Shown here in pieces: positions 9,185-18,798 of a stretch of DNA of 64,000 bases. Position 1 is the first letter of the stretch. Each line of letters opens with the position of its first letter. The translations under genes were made by a program, and so were the position numbers. This DNA is from an uncultured Oceaniradius sp. (GTDB lineage: Bacteria > Pseudomonadota > Alphaproteobacteria > Rhizobiales > Rhizobiaceae): the NCBI GenBank assembly GCA_964606055.1, contig CAZSFA010000001.1, positions 7,867 through 71,866 on the forward strand. The letters are read 5' to 3'. Under the pieces are notes generated by a model. That model saw nothing but the letters and a program-made list of their open reading frames with translations, made no database searches and was not told the origin of the DNA.

Positions 9185-11455
9185 ATGTCCGGCATGCAGC
9201 CATCGGTCAGCCCACCGCCGAGCCAGCCGCAGAGCGACTACCACAAGCTGCGGCGGCTGCCGTTCCTGTATGGTTTCACGGTGCTCAACGGTGCCGCGGT
9301 CCTGTGCACGATTCAGGCGCCGCTGGCCCTGTTTTCGGCCGAACTCGGCCTCGGCGAGGACCAGATCGGCGTTCTGGTGGGGATCACACCGCTTTTTCAG
9401 GTTCTGGGCATTGCCGCCCTACCGATCATCACACGGTTCGGCAGTCGCATCGTGGCCGGCTCATCGCTGATCACCCGATACTTCTTCCTGTTTGCCTTGC
9501 TGGTGGCGCCCGCCTTCTCGGGCCAGCCAACCCTGGTCTTCCTTGTCATTCTGGCCGGGATCGCCGGGTTCTCGGTGATGCGCGCGATTGCCGAAGCGGC
9601 GATCGTTCCATGGTCACAGGAGTTCCTGCCCCGCGCCGTGCGCGGCCAAGTCTCCGGCCTGGTGGCGGTGGCCTTCGTCCCGGTCGCACTGATCGTTTCA
9701 TGGCTCATCCAGCTATGGCTCGACGCCGGTAGCGGCATCGAACGCTTCTATCCGGTGTTCGTGACTGGCATCGTGATCGGCATCGCGGGAGCGGCGATGC
9801 TGTTCGGGCTGGGCGGCGGCGCGCCGCGCGAACGCAGCCAGGCCGGATTTGCCAGTTTCCGACGCCTGTCCGAACCGCTGGCCGACCGCAACTTCCTGAC
9901 GTTCCTGTATTCGTCCGGCACACAATACCTGGTGTTCATTGCCGTGAACGTCTTCATGCTGTTGTTCTTCCGCGAGCGGCTTGGCATGAGCTCGGGCCAA
10001 CTGGTTCTGATGGCCGCCTTCATGCCCGTGGGCGCGGCCATGGGCGCACTCGGCGCGGGATGGTTCGTTGACCGCTACGGTACCCGCGCCATGCGTCTGG
10101 CCTTGCAGACCATGCAGATCGCCATGCTGCTGGCGCTGCCCTTCGTGACGCCGGCGATGCCGGCGCTGGAGGTTGTTGTCGCCTGCGCTTTCCTTCTGTT
10201 CGGGCTGGCATTCCAGGGCTCGATCGCCGTCAGCAATGTCTACCTCCTCAACAACGTGCCTGCCTCCGCCAAGGAGAGCTACATGGCGCTGCACTACTCG
10301 GTCGACGGGCTGATCGGCGGCGGCATCACCTTCGCGGCCGGCTGGCTGCTGACCTGGCTTGCAGTCCATCCCGTCACGTTCGGCGGGCAGATCTTCGGCA
10401 ACTACGAGACGCTGTTCGTGATCGCTGCCGGCGTCACCGCCAGTTCGGCATTCGCCTTTTTCCTGCTGCGCGAAGACAACGCCATCTCAGTGCGCGACTT
10501 TGTCAGCCACATTGCCGGCGGCGGCACGTTGCGCGCGCTATGGGCGATTCAGGTCTACTCTACCGAAACCTCAGAAGACCGACGCCGTGCGCTCGCCTAC
10601 GGTTTCGGCAGCATCGGCAATCCTCTGGCGAAGGGCGAACTGCTCGACGCGCTGTCCGATCCAAGCTTTGACGTACGCCACGAGGCCATACTGTCGCTGG
10701 GCCATCTGTCCGCCGACCCGCAGATCGTCGCCGCGCTTGAGAGGGTTCTCGACTATGAAGGCCTGACCGAACTGCAGTACGCCGCGCTCACATCGTTGGG
10801 TCGCCTGCGTGCCATTGCAGCCGTCGATCATGTCGCCAGCGTTGTGGGCGATCCCAACCCTTTGTTGCGCGCCCGCGCGATCCGAACCTTGGGCGAAATG
10901 CGGAGCCAGGCCCATCTGGCGGCGATCAGGAATCGTCTTGCCCATGACCCGGAGCGCGATTGCCGGCTTGCAGCGGTTTCCGCGCTCGGCAAACTCGCCG
11001 ACCGCGACAGTTTCGACGCGCTGATCGGCACCTATCTCGAGCAGATCCGGGACGGCGACAATCCCGTGTCCGAGCCGCGCAGCAAGGTCGTGCTGCTCGC
11101 GCTTTCCAAGATCGCGTCGTGTGAGGAATCGTTCTCGCAGGTCTGGCGCCGCGAACAATCAGCCCCCGGCACGGCTCTGCCCGTCGTTCTTGAACGCATC
11201 GCCGCCGGCTTGCGAAGGCGCGGCCATGGCAGCGAAGGCGATCGCGTCCGCGCCCTGGTTGATGGTTCTCCGTCAGGCGACATGGCCCATATCCGGGATG
11301 AACTGGGCGCGTTGCGGTCGGTGATCGCAGCGCGCCGTCATGCCGATGTGCCGCTTGTGCTCAAACTGATCGATGCCGCCGTACCTTTATCGGAACCGCA
11401 CCCCGCGCTGGTTGTGCTCCTCGCCGTGGCGATGCGGCGTGTCGTGCGCTGGTAG
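9185..11455 (+). CDS. MFS transporter fused to C-terminal HEAT-repeat domain
   Basis: About 12 hydrophobic segments with GWFVDRYG motif, then repeats such as DVRHEAILSLG, LLRARAIRTLGE, CRLAAVSALG. Confidence 0.8.
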   Translation: MSGMQPSVSPPPSQPQSDYHKLRRLPFLYGFTVLNGAAVLCTIQAPLALFSAELGLGEDQIGVLVGITPLFQVLGIAALPIITRFGSRIVAGSSLITRYFFLFALLVAPAFSGQPTLVFLVILAGIAGFSVMRAIAEAAIVPWSQEFLPRAVRGQVSGLVAVAFVPVALIVSWLIQLWLDAGSGIERFYPVFVTGIVIGIAGAAMLFGLGGGAPRERSQAGFASFRRLSEPLADRNFLTFLYSSGTQYLVFIAVNVFMLLFFRERLGMSSGQLVLMAAFMPVGAAMGALGAGWFVDRYGTRAMRLALQTMQIAMLLALPFVTPAMPALEVVVACAFLLFGLAFQGSIAVSNVYLLNNVPASAKESYMALHYSVDGLIGGGITFAAGWLLTWLAVHPVTFGGQIFGNYETLFVIAAGVTASSAFAFFLLREDNAISVRDFVSHIAGGGTLRALWAIQVYSTETSEDRRRALAYGFGSIGNPLAKGELLDALSDPSFDVRHEAILSLGHLSADPQIVAALERVLDYEGLTELQYAALTSLGRLRAIAAVDHVASVVGDPNPLLRARAIRTLGEMRSQAHLAAIRNRLAHDPERDCRLAAVSALGKLADRDSFDALIGTYLEQIRDGDNPVSEPRSKVVLLALSKIASCEESFSQVWRREQSAPGTALPVVLERIAAGLRRRGHGSEGDRVRALVDGSPSGDMAHIRDELGALRSVIAARRHADVPLVLKLIDAAVPLSEPHPALVVLLAVAMRRVVRW

Positions 11456-11475
11456 ACGGTCGACGGATCAGCCGG

Positions 11476-11967
11476 CTATCGGCGCTCCGGCTTGCCCGGC
11501 CAGTCCATCGGGAGTTGCGCCTGCGCCTCGGCGTCGGCCGCCGCATCGGCGTCCATGAACACGCGCATCACGCATTGCGGCCGCTTCCGGTCGATCACGT
11601 CGTAGACCAGGTGATAGCCCAGCTTGTCCATGATGGGGCCGATCCAGCCCGCGCAATGGTCGCAATACCGGCCCATCGGCTCCGCGTCATTGTCGAGCAC
11701 CTTGGTCAGGCTCGGGCATTTGTTCATGCGCAGTTCGAGCCGGTCTTCATTGCGCTCGATGTCGAGATCGCAGTTTTCCTCGTCACGAATGTGGAGCCAG
11801 TACTCCTCCATCCCCGCCAATCCCTTCTCGCGAAACAGGTCCAGCGTGTGCTTTTCCTGATTTGCCGATATGGCCAGCCAATAGTCTTGAAGGTCGGCTT
11901 CCGACTGCGCTTCGAGGAACTTGAAGACTTCGTTGTAGAACCGGGTGAAATGGTCGCTCGGGATCAT
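11476..11967 (-). CDS. Hypothetical Cys-motif protein (V4R/ATC-hydrolase-like fold suspected)
   Basis: CPS...YCDHC...C pattern; 4-bp overlap with the upstream paralog. Confidence 0.7.
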   Translation of the reverse strand: MIPSDHFTRFYNEVFKFLEAQSEADLQDYWLAISANQEKHTLDLFREKGLAGMEEYWLHIRDEENCDLDIERNEDRLELRMNKCPSLTKVLDNDAEPMGRYCDHCAGWIGPIMDKLGYHLVYDVIDRKRPQCVMRVFMDADAAADAEAQAQLPMDWPGKPERR

Positions 11968-12425
11968 CGCTCTCGCTTCCGTATGATCTGCCGGCAGCTG
12001 CCTTCACCGGTGATCTCGGTGGTCACAGAGAACGGCGTACCTTCGGCCATGGCGGCATTGGTCACCGTCGTCTGGTCGCAGAACTGCGGCGAAACCGCAC
12101 CGGTCAGCTTGCGCACATGCTCATAGGCCGGGCAGCGATTGACGGTCAGGACGATCGCGCCATCCTCTTCAACGGCGATCTCGAAGTCGGCATTCTCGCG
12201 CGTGAAGAAATGCCGCCAGTGGCGCACCAGTTCTTCCGCATCGCCTGCCATCAGATGGCGGCGCAGATCCGCATAAACGTCCGTGCCGACACGCCGGAAG
12301 ATGTCGTGCAGCGCATCGATGCCGTAGCGCTCGACGATGAAATCGATCGTCGTGTTGGTCGCGCCATGGAAATCGAGATGCGTGTTGCCCTCGTCGTGAT
12401 AGCGAAGGGGTTTGGCGTCGGTCAT
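11964..12425 (-). CDS. Hypothetical Cys-motif protein (V4R/ATC-hydrolase-like fold suspected)
   Basis: CPA...FCDQT...GSC pattern; 4-bp overlaps on both sides in an operon. Confidence 0.7.
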   Translation of the reverse strand: MTDAKPLRYHDEGNTHLDFHGATNTTIDFIVERYGIDALHDIFRRVGTDVYADLRRHLMAGDAEELVRHWRHFFTRENADFEIAVEEDGAIVLTVNRCPAYEHVRKLTGAVSPQFCDQTTVTNAAMAEGTPFSVTTEITGEGSCRQIIRKRER

Positions 12426-13600
12426 GCGGCCCGCCGATAGCGTTCAACGCCGCCGACGATCGTCGCTTCGACCGCCAGCGTGTCGGCGTCGAGGAGAACG
12501 AAATCGGCCAGCTTGCCGGGCGCGATCGAACCCAGGTCATCCTCCATGCCCAAAACCCGCGCCGGCACCAGACTGGTCGCATGGCTGGCCCGAACCAGGT
12601 CAGCGCCGCCCATCGCGATGTAGTTGCGCATCGCCTCATCCGGCGTCAGCGACGAGCCACACAGGCCTCCATTGCGATCGCGCACCGCCTTGCCCGGCGC
12701 GCTGCGGACCCAGTAGCCGGGATAGAACTCGAACTCGCGTCCCGGCGTCCCGGCATACTTCATGGCGTCCGTCTCGAGAAACACCCGATCAGCCGGCAAT
12801 TGGGCGAGGATCGAAAGCAGCTTTGGATGCACATGGATGCCGTCGGAGACAACGCCCAGCGCCAGACCCCGTTCGGCCATGACGGCGTCGATCAGCGAAA
12901 ACACATGCACACCCGAACTGTCAGGTAAGGGGTCGGGCAGCACGTTGTAGATGTGCGTGACCGCGTTGATGCCCCAATCCAAGTAGTACGGAACGTCTTC
13001 CGGCGGGGCCTTGGAATGGCCCAGATGCAATGAAACGCCTTCGCTGGCCAACCGTCGGGCGAAGTCCTGCGTACCGGGGAGTTCCGGCGCCAGCGTCACC
13101 GCCCGCAAAAGGCCATCGGCAGCGTCGAGCAGATGGTCGGCCAGTTCAGCCGAAGGCAGGTCGAGGTTTTCCGGATTGTGCGCGCCGGGCATGCCGAAGC
13201 ACGGACCTTCGCTGTGAAGCCCGAGCGCGCGCGCGCCGTCCGCATTCCGGCACTGTCCAGCCAGCGCGCTCAATGTCGGACCCGTCGCGTCCCTCGCCAT
13301 GCAACCGATCGACGGAAGAAACCCAGTGGCGCCATGCGCCATCAGCATCTGCGAGGCCGATTGCACCGCACCCTGTTCTGCATCGGCGAACAGGTGCTCG
13401 CCCATACCGTGCTGCAGCAGGTCGATCATGCCCGGGTAGACGCAATGGCCCTGCCCGTCGATCCGTTCCCAGCCCTCAGCATCCGGTTCGCCGCGTTCGA
13501 CAAAGCCCGCAATGCGCTCGCCATCGACGAGCAGATCGCATGCCTTCAGCCCGTCGCTTGCCACCACGGTGACGTTGACCCATCTATGCTTGACTTGCAT
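12422..13600 (-). CDS. N-acetylglucosamine-6-phosphate deacetylase (NagA)-like amidohydrolase
   Basis: PGMID, HSEGP, TLAPE, GHS, THIYN, DGIHV, TDAM, GKLADFV. Confidence 0.85.
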   Translation of the reverse strand: MQVKHRWVNVTVVASDGLKACDLLVDGERIAGFVERGEPDAEGWERIDGQGHCVYPGMIDLLQHGMGEHLFADAEQGAVQSASQMLMAHGATGFLPSIGCMARDATGPTLSALAGQCRNADGARALGLHSEGPCFGMPGAHNPENLDLPSAELADHLLDAADGLLRAVTLAPELPGTQDFARRLASEGVSLHLGHSKAPPEDVPYYLDWGINAVTHIYNVLPDPLPDSSGVHVFSLIDAVMAERGLALGVVSDGIHVHPKLLSILAQLPADRVFLETDAMKYAGTPGREFEFYPGYWVRSAPGKAVRDRNGGLCGSSLTPDEAMRNYIAMGGADLVRASHATSLVPARVLGMEDDLGSIAPGKLADFVLLDADTLAVEATIVGGVERYRRAA

Positions 13601-13619
13601 ACACCCGCCTTTATTATCA

Positions 13620-13635
13620 TGTTATCATACTAACA
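13620..13635. promoter_or_regulatory. TGTTA-N6-TAACA operator
   Basis: TGTTA-TCATAC-TAACA in the 64-bp divergent intergenic region. Confidence 0.6.
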
Positions 13636-13664
13636 GAGTAATTGTTTCCTGCAACGGAATTGTC

Positions 13665-14426
13665 ATGGCCAGCCAGTGCGTGTGCGTGACCGGGTCGACG
13701 CAAGGGATCGGCTATGGCGTCGCTGAGGCTTTTGCGCGAGAGGGCGCAAGGCTGATCATCAACTCGCATCTGCAAGATGATACCGCAGCCAAGCGTTTGT
13801 CCGCGCTCACCGAAGTGCATTTCGTCAAGGCCGACCTGAGCACCGTGGTCGGCGCGCAAACGCTGATCGACACCGCCTGGGACAAGTTGGGGCAACTCGA
13901 CGCGCTGGTCTGCAATGCGGGCACGTTTCGCGATACCGAGTTCCTTGATCTCGACGAAGAAGCGGTCGATGCGACCTTCGACCTCAACATCAAAGGGCCG
14001 CTGTTCTGCGCGCAGGCATTCGCGCGGCGGGCGTCGGCCGCAGGACACAATGGCAGCATCATCCTGACCGGTTCGACCAACTCGCTGGCCGCCGAACGAA
14101 ACTCGGTTGCCTATGACGCGTCCAAGGGCGCGGTCCTGATGCTGGTGCGATCCCTGGCGGTCAGTCTGGCCCCACTCGGCATCCGCGTGAACGGCGTCGC
14201 TCCGGGGATCATCGAGACACCGCTGACCCGCCCTGGCCTGGACGCGGGCGAAACGCGACAGACACTGCGCCGCCAGATCCCGCTTGGACGAATCGGCATG
14301 CCTGATGATATCGGCGGAACGGCTGTGTTTCTGGCGTCGGATGCGGCGCGCTACATCACCGGCCAGATGGTCTATGTCGACGGCGGAATACTGGCAATGC
14401 AGATGAATTGGGATGGCGCGGCATGA
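13665..14426 (+). CDS. SDR family oxidoreductase
   Basis: TGSTQGIG, CNAG, YDASK, NGVAPG motifs. Confidence 0.9.
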   Translation: MASQCVCVTGSTQGIGYGVAEAFAREGARLIINSHLQDDTAAKRLSALTEVHFVKADLSTVVGAQTLIDTAWDKLGQLDALVCNAGTFRDTEFLDLDEEAVDATFDLNIKGPLFCAQAFARRASAAGHNGSIILTGSTNSLAAERNSVAYDASKGAVLMLVRSLAVSLAPLGIRVNGVAPGIIETPLTRPGLDAGETRQTLRRQIPLGRIGMPDDIGGTAVFLASDAARYITGQMVYVDGGILAMQMNWDGAA

Positions 14427-15415
14427 GCACCGATCTGGCGCCGCGCCATCTGCAATTGCGCGATTTTCTGTTCCGGCGCTGGAAGACCAACGGCGTCAAG
14501 GTTGGCGACCGGATCGAATCGCAAAACGAGATCACCAAACTCTGTGGTTTCTCGCTGATCACGGTCACCAAGACGCTCAAGGACCTTGAAGCCGAGGGAA
14601 TCATCCGGCGCCAGGTCGGCAAGGGGTCCTATCTTCTGCACGCGCCATGGGCGGCGCAGCACCACCGCGTCGGGCTGTTCTACAACCGCGATGTGGTCGG
14701 CGGCGGCATCTTCAACAACAGCTTCTACACCAAGCTCGTCATCGCCTTCGAGCAGATGGTGGTCTCGGAAGGCCACGAGTTCATCCTTGGCAGCTTCACC
14801 AACGACAAGATGCCCGAAGCCATCTGGGATGCGTTGGACGTGATCGTGCTCACATCGGTGACCGCTGACACCGACCTGGCATTCCTGAGCCGCGCCACGA
14901 GCCAGATCAGCGTCATCGACGCCACGCTGGTCCATGACCGGGTGCACAGCTATCGCATCGATTACGCCCAAGCGTTCCGCCAGATGGTCGCCCACCTGAA
15001 CGACCGTCCACGACGCTACCTGTACATCGACAGCGTCATTCCCTCCATCGAACAGCCGGTACGGCGTGATGCCGCCGAAAAAGCGGTGACCGACGTGGCC
15101 GGCAACAGTTTCGCCGCCGTTCGCGCCAACCAGGAAACCGGCCAGTTCGATGCAGCCGGCTTCGAAAGGGCGATTGCCGAATATCGGCCCGACATCGCCT
15201 TCGGCCACAGCCACGGTGCCTGGGCGCCGATCATCGAAAAACACCTGGCCCCCAATGGGAGCTTCTACAGCTTTGCCCTCGACAGCGACGGGCCGGGCTT
15301 CGTCGTGCACACCAAGGATTGGATGCAGTCGGTCCTGCCATCGATCTACGCCAATCTGGACAACCGCAGGGCCAAAGGTGCGGTACATCAGTTCAGCGCC
15401 ACGTTTCAGCCCTGA
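14423..15415 (+). CDS. GntR-HTH regulator with periplasmic-binding-protein-like effector domain
   Basis: GDRIESQNEI...TVTKTLKDLEAEGIIRRQVGKGSY HTH; ATGA overlap with the SDR gene. Confidence 0.82.
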   Translation: MSTDLAPRHLQLRDFLFRRWKTNGVKVGDRIESQNEITKLCGFSLITVTKTLKDLEAEGIIRRQVGKGSYLLHAPWAAQHHRVGLFYNRDVVGGGIFNNSFYTKLVIAFEQMVVSEGHEFILGSFTNDKMPEAIWDALDVIVLTSVTADTDLAFLSRATSQISVIDATLVHDRVHSYRIDYAQAFRQMVAHLNDRPRRYLYIDSVIPSIEQPVRRDAAEKAVTDVAGNSFAAVRANQETGQFDAAGFERAIAEYRPDIAFGHSHGAWAPIIEKHLAPNGSFYSFALDSDGPGFVVHTKDWMQSVLPSIYANLDNRRAKGAVHQFSATFQP

Positions 15416-15486
15416 CCGGCATCTGCCTTCTCCGATCCTAAACCAACCGCCAAGGGCGCCGACCGCCCGCACCAAAGGAAACCACG

Positions 15487-15885
15487 ATGCTTAAACTCGT
15501 CAATCGCGGCGCGCGCTCCAACCTGCCCTTCAGCCCGGGGATCATTGCCGGCGATGTCATGTTCGTATCGGGACAGGCCTCGGTCGATCGCGAGGACGGA
15601 CACATCATCACCGATACGTTCGAGGGCGAGGTTCGTCGTTCGATCGAGAACATGCAGGCCATCCTCGAAGCGGCCGGCCTGAGCCTCGATCACGTCGTCA
15701 ACTGTCGCTGCTACGTGGCGCGCGAAGAGGACGTCGCCGAGCACAACCGCATCTACGCCGAATACTTCGCCGAGCCCCGCCCGACACGCTCAACGCTGGT
15801 CGGCGTGCTCGGCACGAAGCTGAAATACGAGATCGACTGCTTTGCCTATGTGAAGGCCACGCGCCAGCAGGCCGACGGCGCATGA
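15487..15885 (+). CDS. RidA/YjgF family enamine deaminase
   Basis: PFSPG, FVSGQ, NRIYAEYF, RPTRST, YEID. Confidence 0.9.
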   Translation: MLKLVNRGARSNLPFSPGIIAGDVMFVSGQASVDREDGHIITDTFEGEVRRSIENMQAILEAAGLSLDHVVNCRCYVAREEDVAEHNRIYAEYFAEPRPTRSTLVGVLGTKLKYEIDCFAYVKATRQQADGA

Positions 15886-15891
15886 CGCGCG

Positions 15892-17181
15892 CTAGAAGTA
15901 GGTCAGCACGCCGTCGATGACGTCATAGGTGTCATCGACGACCGGCAGGAACCGCCATTTGTCGAATGCCGTGCAGGGATGGGAAATCCCGCTCGCCACC
16001 ATGTCGCCCACCTGCCAGTCGGCACCATTGCCGAGCCGAACGAACGCGTGCTGGTCGTTGGTGGCGAACACCTCCGCTTGCCCCACGTCGAGGAAACCGG
16101 TCCCGGGGCGATAGAGCTTGAACGGCACCGGCAGCCCGGCATCGTAGGGCACGTCCCGCTTGCCCATCGTCAGGAAGGCCAGATCCGGCTCGGGCCGCGA
16201 TTGCACATGGGACCACGCTTCGAGCGCTGGCTGCAACTCGCTTTTCCAACTGCGTGACGGGTCGGCGGCCGCGACCACCTGCGCTGCGCGATAGCCGCCC
16301 GAGTCGTTGGTCACATAGCAACCGCTGCGCAGTATGGTGCGCACCGGCATGCCAAGTTCGTGGTGTTTGAATGCATCGGCAACCAGGTCGAAGAACGATG
16401 ATCCGCCACCGGTGAGAATGAACTCATCAAGGCCCGCCGTCAGCGATTGCGGCAGCGCGTTTGCGACATCGACCACAGATCGGGCATAGGCAGCGACTGC
16501 CCCGGGATCGTCAGCAGCGCCCGGCACGACACCCTCGAATGCCGCAACGCCGGCAAAGCGGAACCGGGCCGGATCGGCCTCGCCAAGAGCTTCGGCGACA
16601 TCAAGCGCCTGTTCGATCGTGCGCAAGCCGGTGCGGCCGCCGGCAACCCCCACTTCGATGAACAGCTTGAGCGGGCGATCAAGGCGCAGGTCCGCCAGAT
16701 GCCGGTCGAGGTGGGTCAGATGCGCAATCGAATCCACATACGTGTAGAAGTCAAACTCAGGCTCCGCGTTGATCATTGCGGCAATGGCCGCGATGCCGCT
16801 GGCCCCGACGAGTTGGTTGGCCAGGATGATGCGCCGCACGCCATAGTACCGCATCATCTGCACCTGTCCGACCGTTGCAGCGGTGATGCCCCAGGCGCCG
16901 TTCGCAAGCTGTTCGGCAAAGATTTGCGGCGCCATTGTCGTCTTGCCATGCGGCGCCAACGACAGTTCGTTCTGCTTCAGGTAGTCGCCGAACACCGCGA
17001 TGTTATGATCGAGCGCGCTGCGTTTGATCACCATCAGTGGCAAGGGCATGTCTTCGCGCAGCACATTCCATCCCTTGTGCGCGATGTCGCGCAGCGCGAA
17101 CGGCGTCGCCGTCGCGGGAACGCCCTTGGTTCGCGCGTCCAGAACAGTGTCGAGGACGGAATCGAGCGCGAGCACCGTCAA
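15892..17181 (-). CDS. PLP-dependent D-amino acid deaminase/dehydratase (alanine-racemase fold, DSD1-like)
   Basis: APHGKTTMAP (PLP Lys), GRTG, RSGCY, NDQH, SHPCTAFDKW; TTG start overlaps the upstream TGA. Confidence 0.85.
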   Translation of the reverse strand: MTVLALDSVLDTVLDARTKGVPATATPFALRDIAHKGWNVLREDMPLPLMVIKRSALDHNIAVFGDYLKQNELSLAPHGKTTMAPQIFAEQLANGAWGITAATVGQVQMMRYYGVRRIILANQLVGASGIAAIAAMINAEPEFDFYTYVDSIAHLTHLDRHLADLRLDRPLKLFIEVGVAGGRTGLRTIEQALDVAEALGEADPARFRFAGVAAFEGVVPGAADDPGAVAAYARSVVDVANALPQSLTAGLDEFILTGGGSSFFDLVADAFKHHELGMPVRTILRSGCYVTNDSGGYRAAQVVAAADPSRSWKSELQPALEAWSHVQSRPEPDLAFLTMGKRDVPYDAGLPVPFKLYRPGTGFLDVGQAEVFATNDQHAFVRLGNGADWQVGDMVASGISHPCTAFDKWRFLPVVDDTYDVIDGVLTYF

Positions 17182-17987
17182 AGGTCCCCGAAGGCGGCCA
17201 GCGTGCGCTCGGCATATTGGTTGAGGCCGACGACATCGGCGCCCACGCTGAGGAAGTTGTAGCCCATGTCGGCGAGTTCGCCGATCCGGTCGGGGGCGCA
17301 GACGGTGGCCGCGATCTTGCCGTGGCGGCGCGCGATCGCGGCGAGTTCGCGCCGTGCCGATTCGATCGCAGGATCGTTGATCTGACCCGGAATGCCCATC
17401 GCCACCGACAGGTCCCCGGGGCCGAAGAACAGTGCATCGACGCCATCGATTTCGGCGATCGCCTCCATCTGGTCGAGCGCCTCGGGATCCTCGATCTGAT
17501 GGCAGACGAAGCGCTCGCGGTTGGCCTGGTGAAGATAGTCCGACAGGCCCAGTTTCGTGTACAGCGCATCGGCATTGCCGCCGTCCACAGCACGGCGACC
17601 GAGTGGGGCGAACTTGGTCATGTCTCGGACCGCTATCGCATCGTCGGGCCCCATGACGTGCGGGACCATCAGTCCGGCCGCATCGATTTCCAGCCCGCGC
17701 ACGTAGTCGCTGTAGCTTCCGCGCGCGACGCGCAGGATCGTGTCCGTGTCGTGCAGTTTGGCGGCCCTGATCTGGTTCTCGGCCTGCTCCCAGGTCGTGG
17801 CGACATGCTCCATGCACAGCCACAACGCATCCGCCCCGGCCTGAGCGAAGATCTCTGTGACACGCGGATCGTGTGTGTTCAGCTTGAGGCAGCGCGCAAC
17901 GTGTCCATCACGGATGCGGCGCAAGACGCGACTGGGGCGCATGGCTGAGGGCACGTCCGAGGATGCGGCGTAGGGTTGTTCGGTCAC
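17178..17987 (-). CDS. HpcH/HpaI family aldolase
   Basis: CMEH, QIED, FFGPGDLS motifs; exact start uncertain (17987 GTG or 17942 ATG). Confidence 0.87.
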   Translation of the reverse strand: MTEQPYAASSDVPSAMRPSRVLRRIRDGHVARCLKLNTHDPRVTEIFAQAGADALWLCMEHVATTWEQAENQIRAAKLHDTDTILRVARGSYSDYVRGLEIDAAGLMVPHVMGPDDAIAVRDMTKFAPLGRRAVDGGNADALYTKLGLSDYLHQANRERFVCHQIEDPEALDQMEAIAEIDGVDALFFGPGDLSVAMGIPGQINDPAIESARRELAAIARRHGKIAATVCAPDRIGELADMGYNFLSVGADVVGLNQYAERTLAAFGDL

Positions 17988-18012
17988 GGCAAGACCTTTC
18001 TGGCAGTCCGGA

Positions 18013-18798
18013 TCATTTGGCGGTGTAACCACCGTCGACGGGAATGTTGGCGCCGGTGATGTATGCGGACGCATCGGACGCAAGGAACACGATCGCACCC
18101 TTGAGGTCGGTATCGTTGGCCATGCGCCCCAGTTGGGTGCGGGCGCTGTAGGCTTTCACGAACGGCTCAGGCTGATGGTTGAAGAAGCCGCCAGGGGAGA
18201 TGCAGTTCACACGCACATTGTCGACGCCGACGATGCTGGCCGTCCAGCGCGTGAAGTTCAGCATGCCGCCCTTCTCGAAGAAGTAGACAGGCGACGGGTT
18301 GTCGTGCATCCGTGTGCCCGCGTAATTGGCCTGCTCGACGCCCACCATGCCCATCATCGAGCCGATGTTGATGATCGAGCCGGACCGGCGCGCGCGCATG
18401 TCGCGCGAGAACAGTTCGGTGATGTAGAACAGGGCGGAGCCATTGATGCGCAGGCTTTGATCATATGCTGCCATGTCACCGCCCCACACCGCCGCGGGGT
18501 TGCGCGTGACGGCATTGTTGACCAGCACATCGCAACGGCCCGCCTGCTCCATGATGGTGCCATGCAGCCGATCGATCGAGGACTGATCGTCGAGATCGAG
18601 CGGCAGCGCTGTGACATCACGGCCGTTGCCACGCTCATCGTCGGCGACCACTTCGAGTTTGTCGATGCCGCGCGCCGCGGTGAAGGTCCTGGCGCCGGCC
18701 TCGGCCAGCGCCGAAACGATCTGGCGCCCGTACTGACCTGCGCCGCCGGTCACCAGAGCGACCTTACCCTTCAACGACATCAACTCCATGACGTCCAT
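18013..18798 (-). CDS. SDR family oxidoreductase (PtmA-like)
   Basis: TGGAGQYG, VNNA, YFFEK, NCISPGG; insertion before the catalytic Tyr. Confidence 0.87.
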   Translation of the reverse strand: MDVMELMSLKGKVALVTGGAGQYGRQIVSALAEAGARTFTAARGIDKLEVVADDERGNGRDVTALPLDLDDQSSIDRLHGTIMEQAGRCDVLVNNAVTRNPAAVWGGDMAAYDQSLRINGSALFYITELFSRDMRARRSGSIINIGSMMGMVGVEQANYAGTRMHDNPSPVYFFEKGGMLNFTRWTASIVGVDNVRVNCISPGGFFNHQPEPFVKAYSARTQLGRMANDTDLKGAIVFLASDASAYITGANIPVDGGYTAK

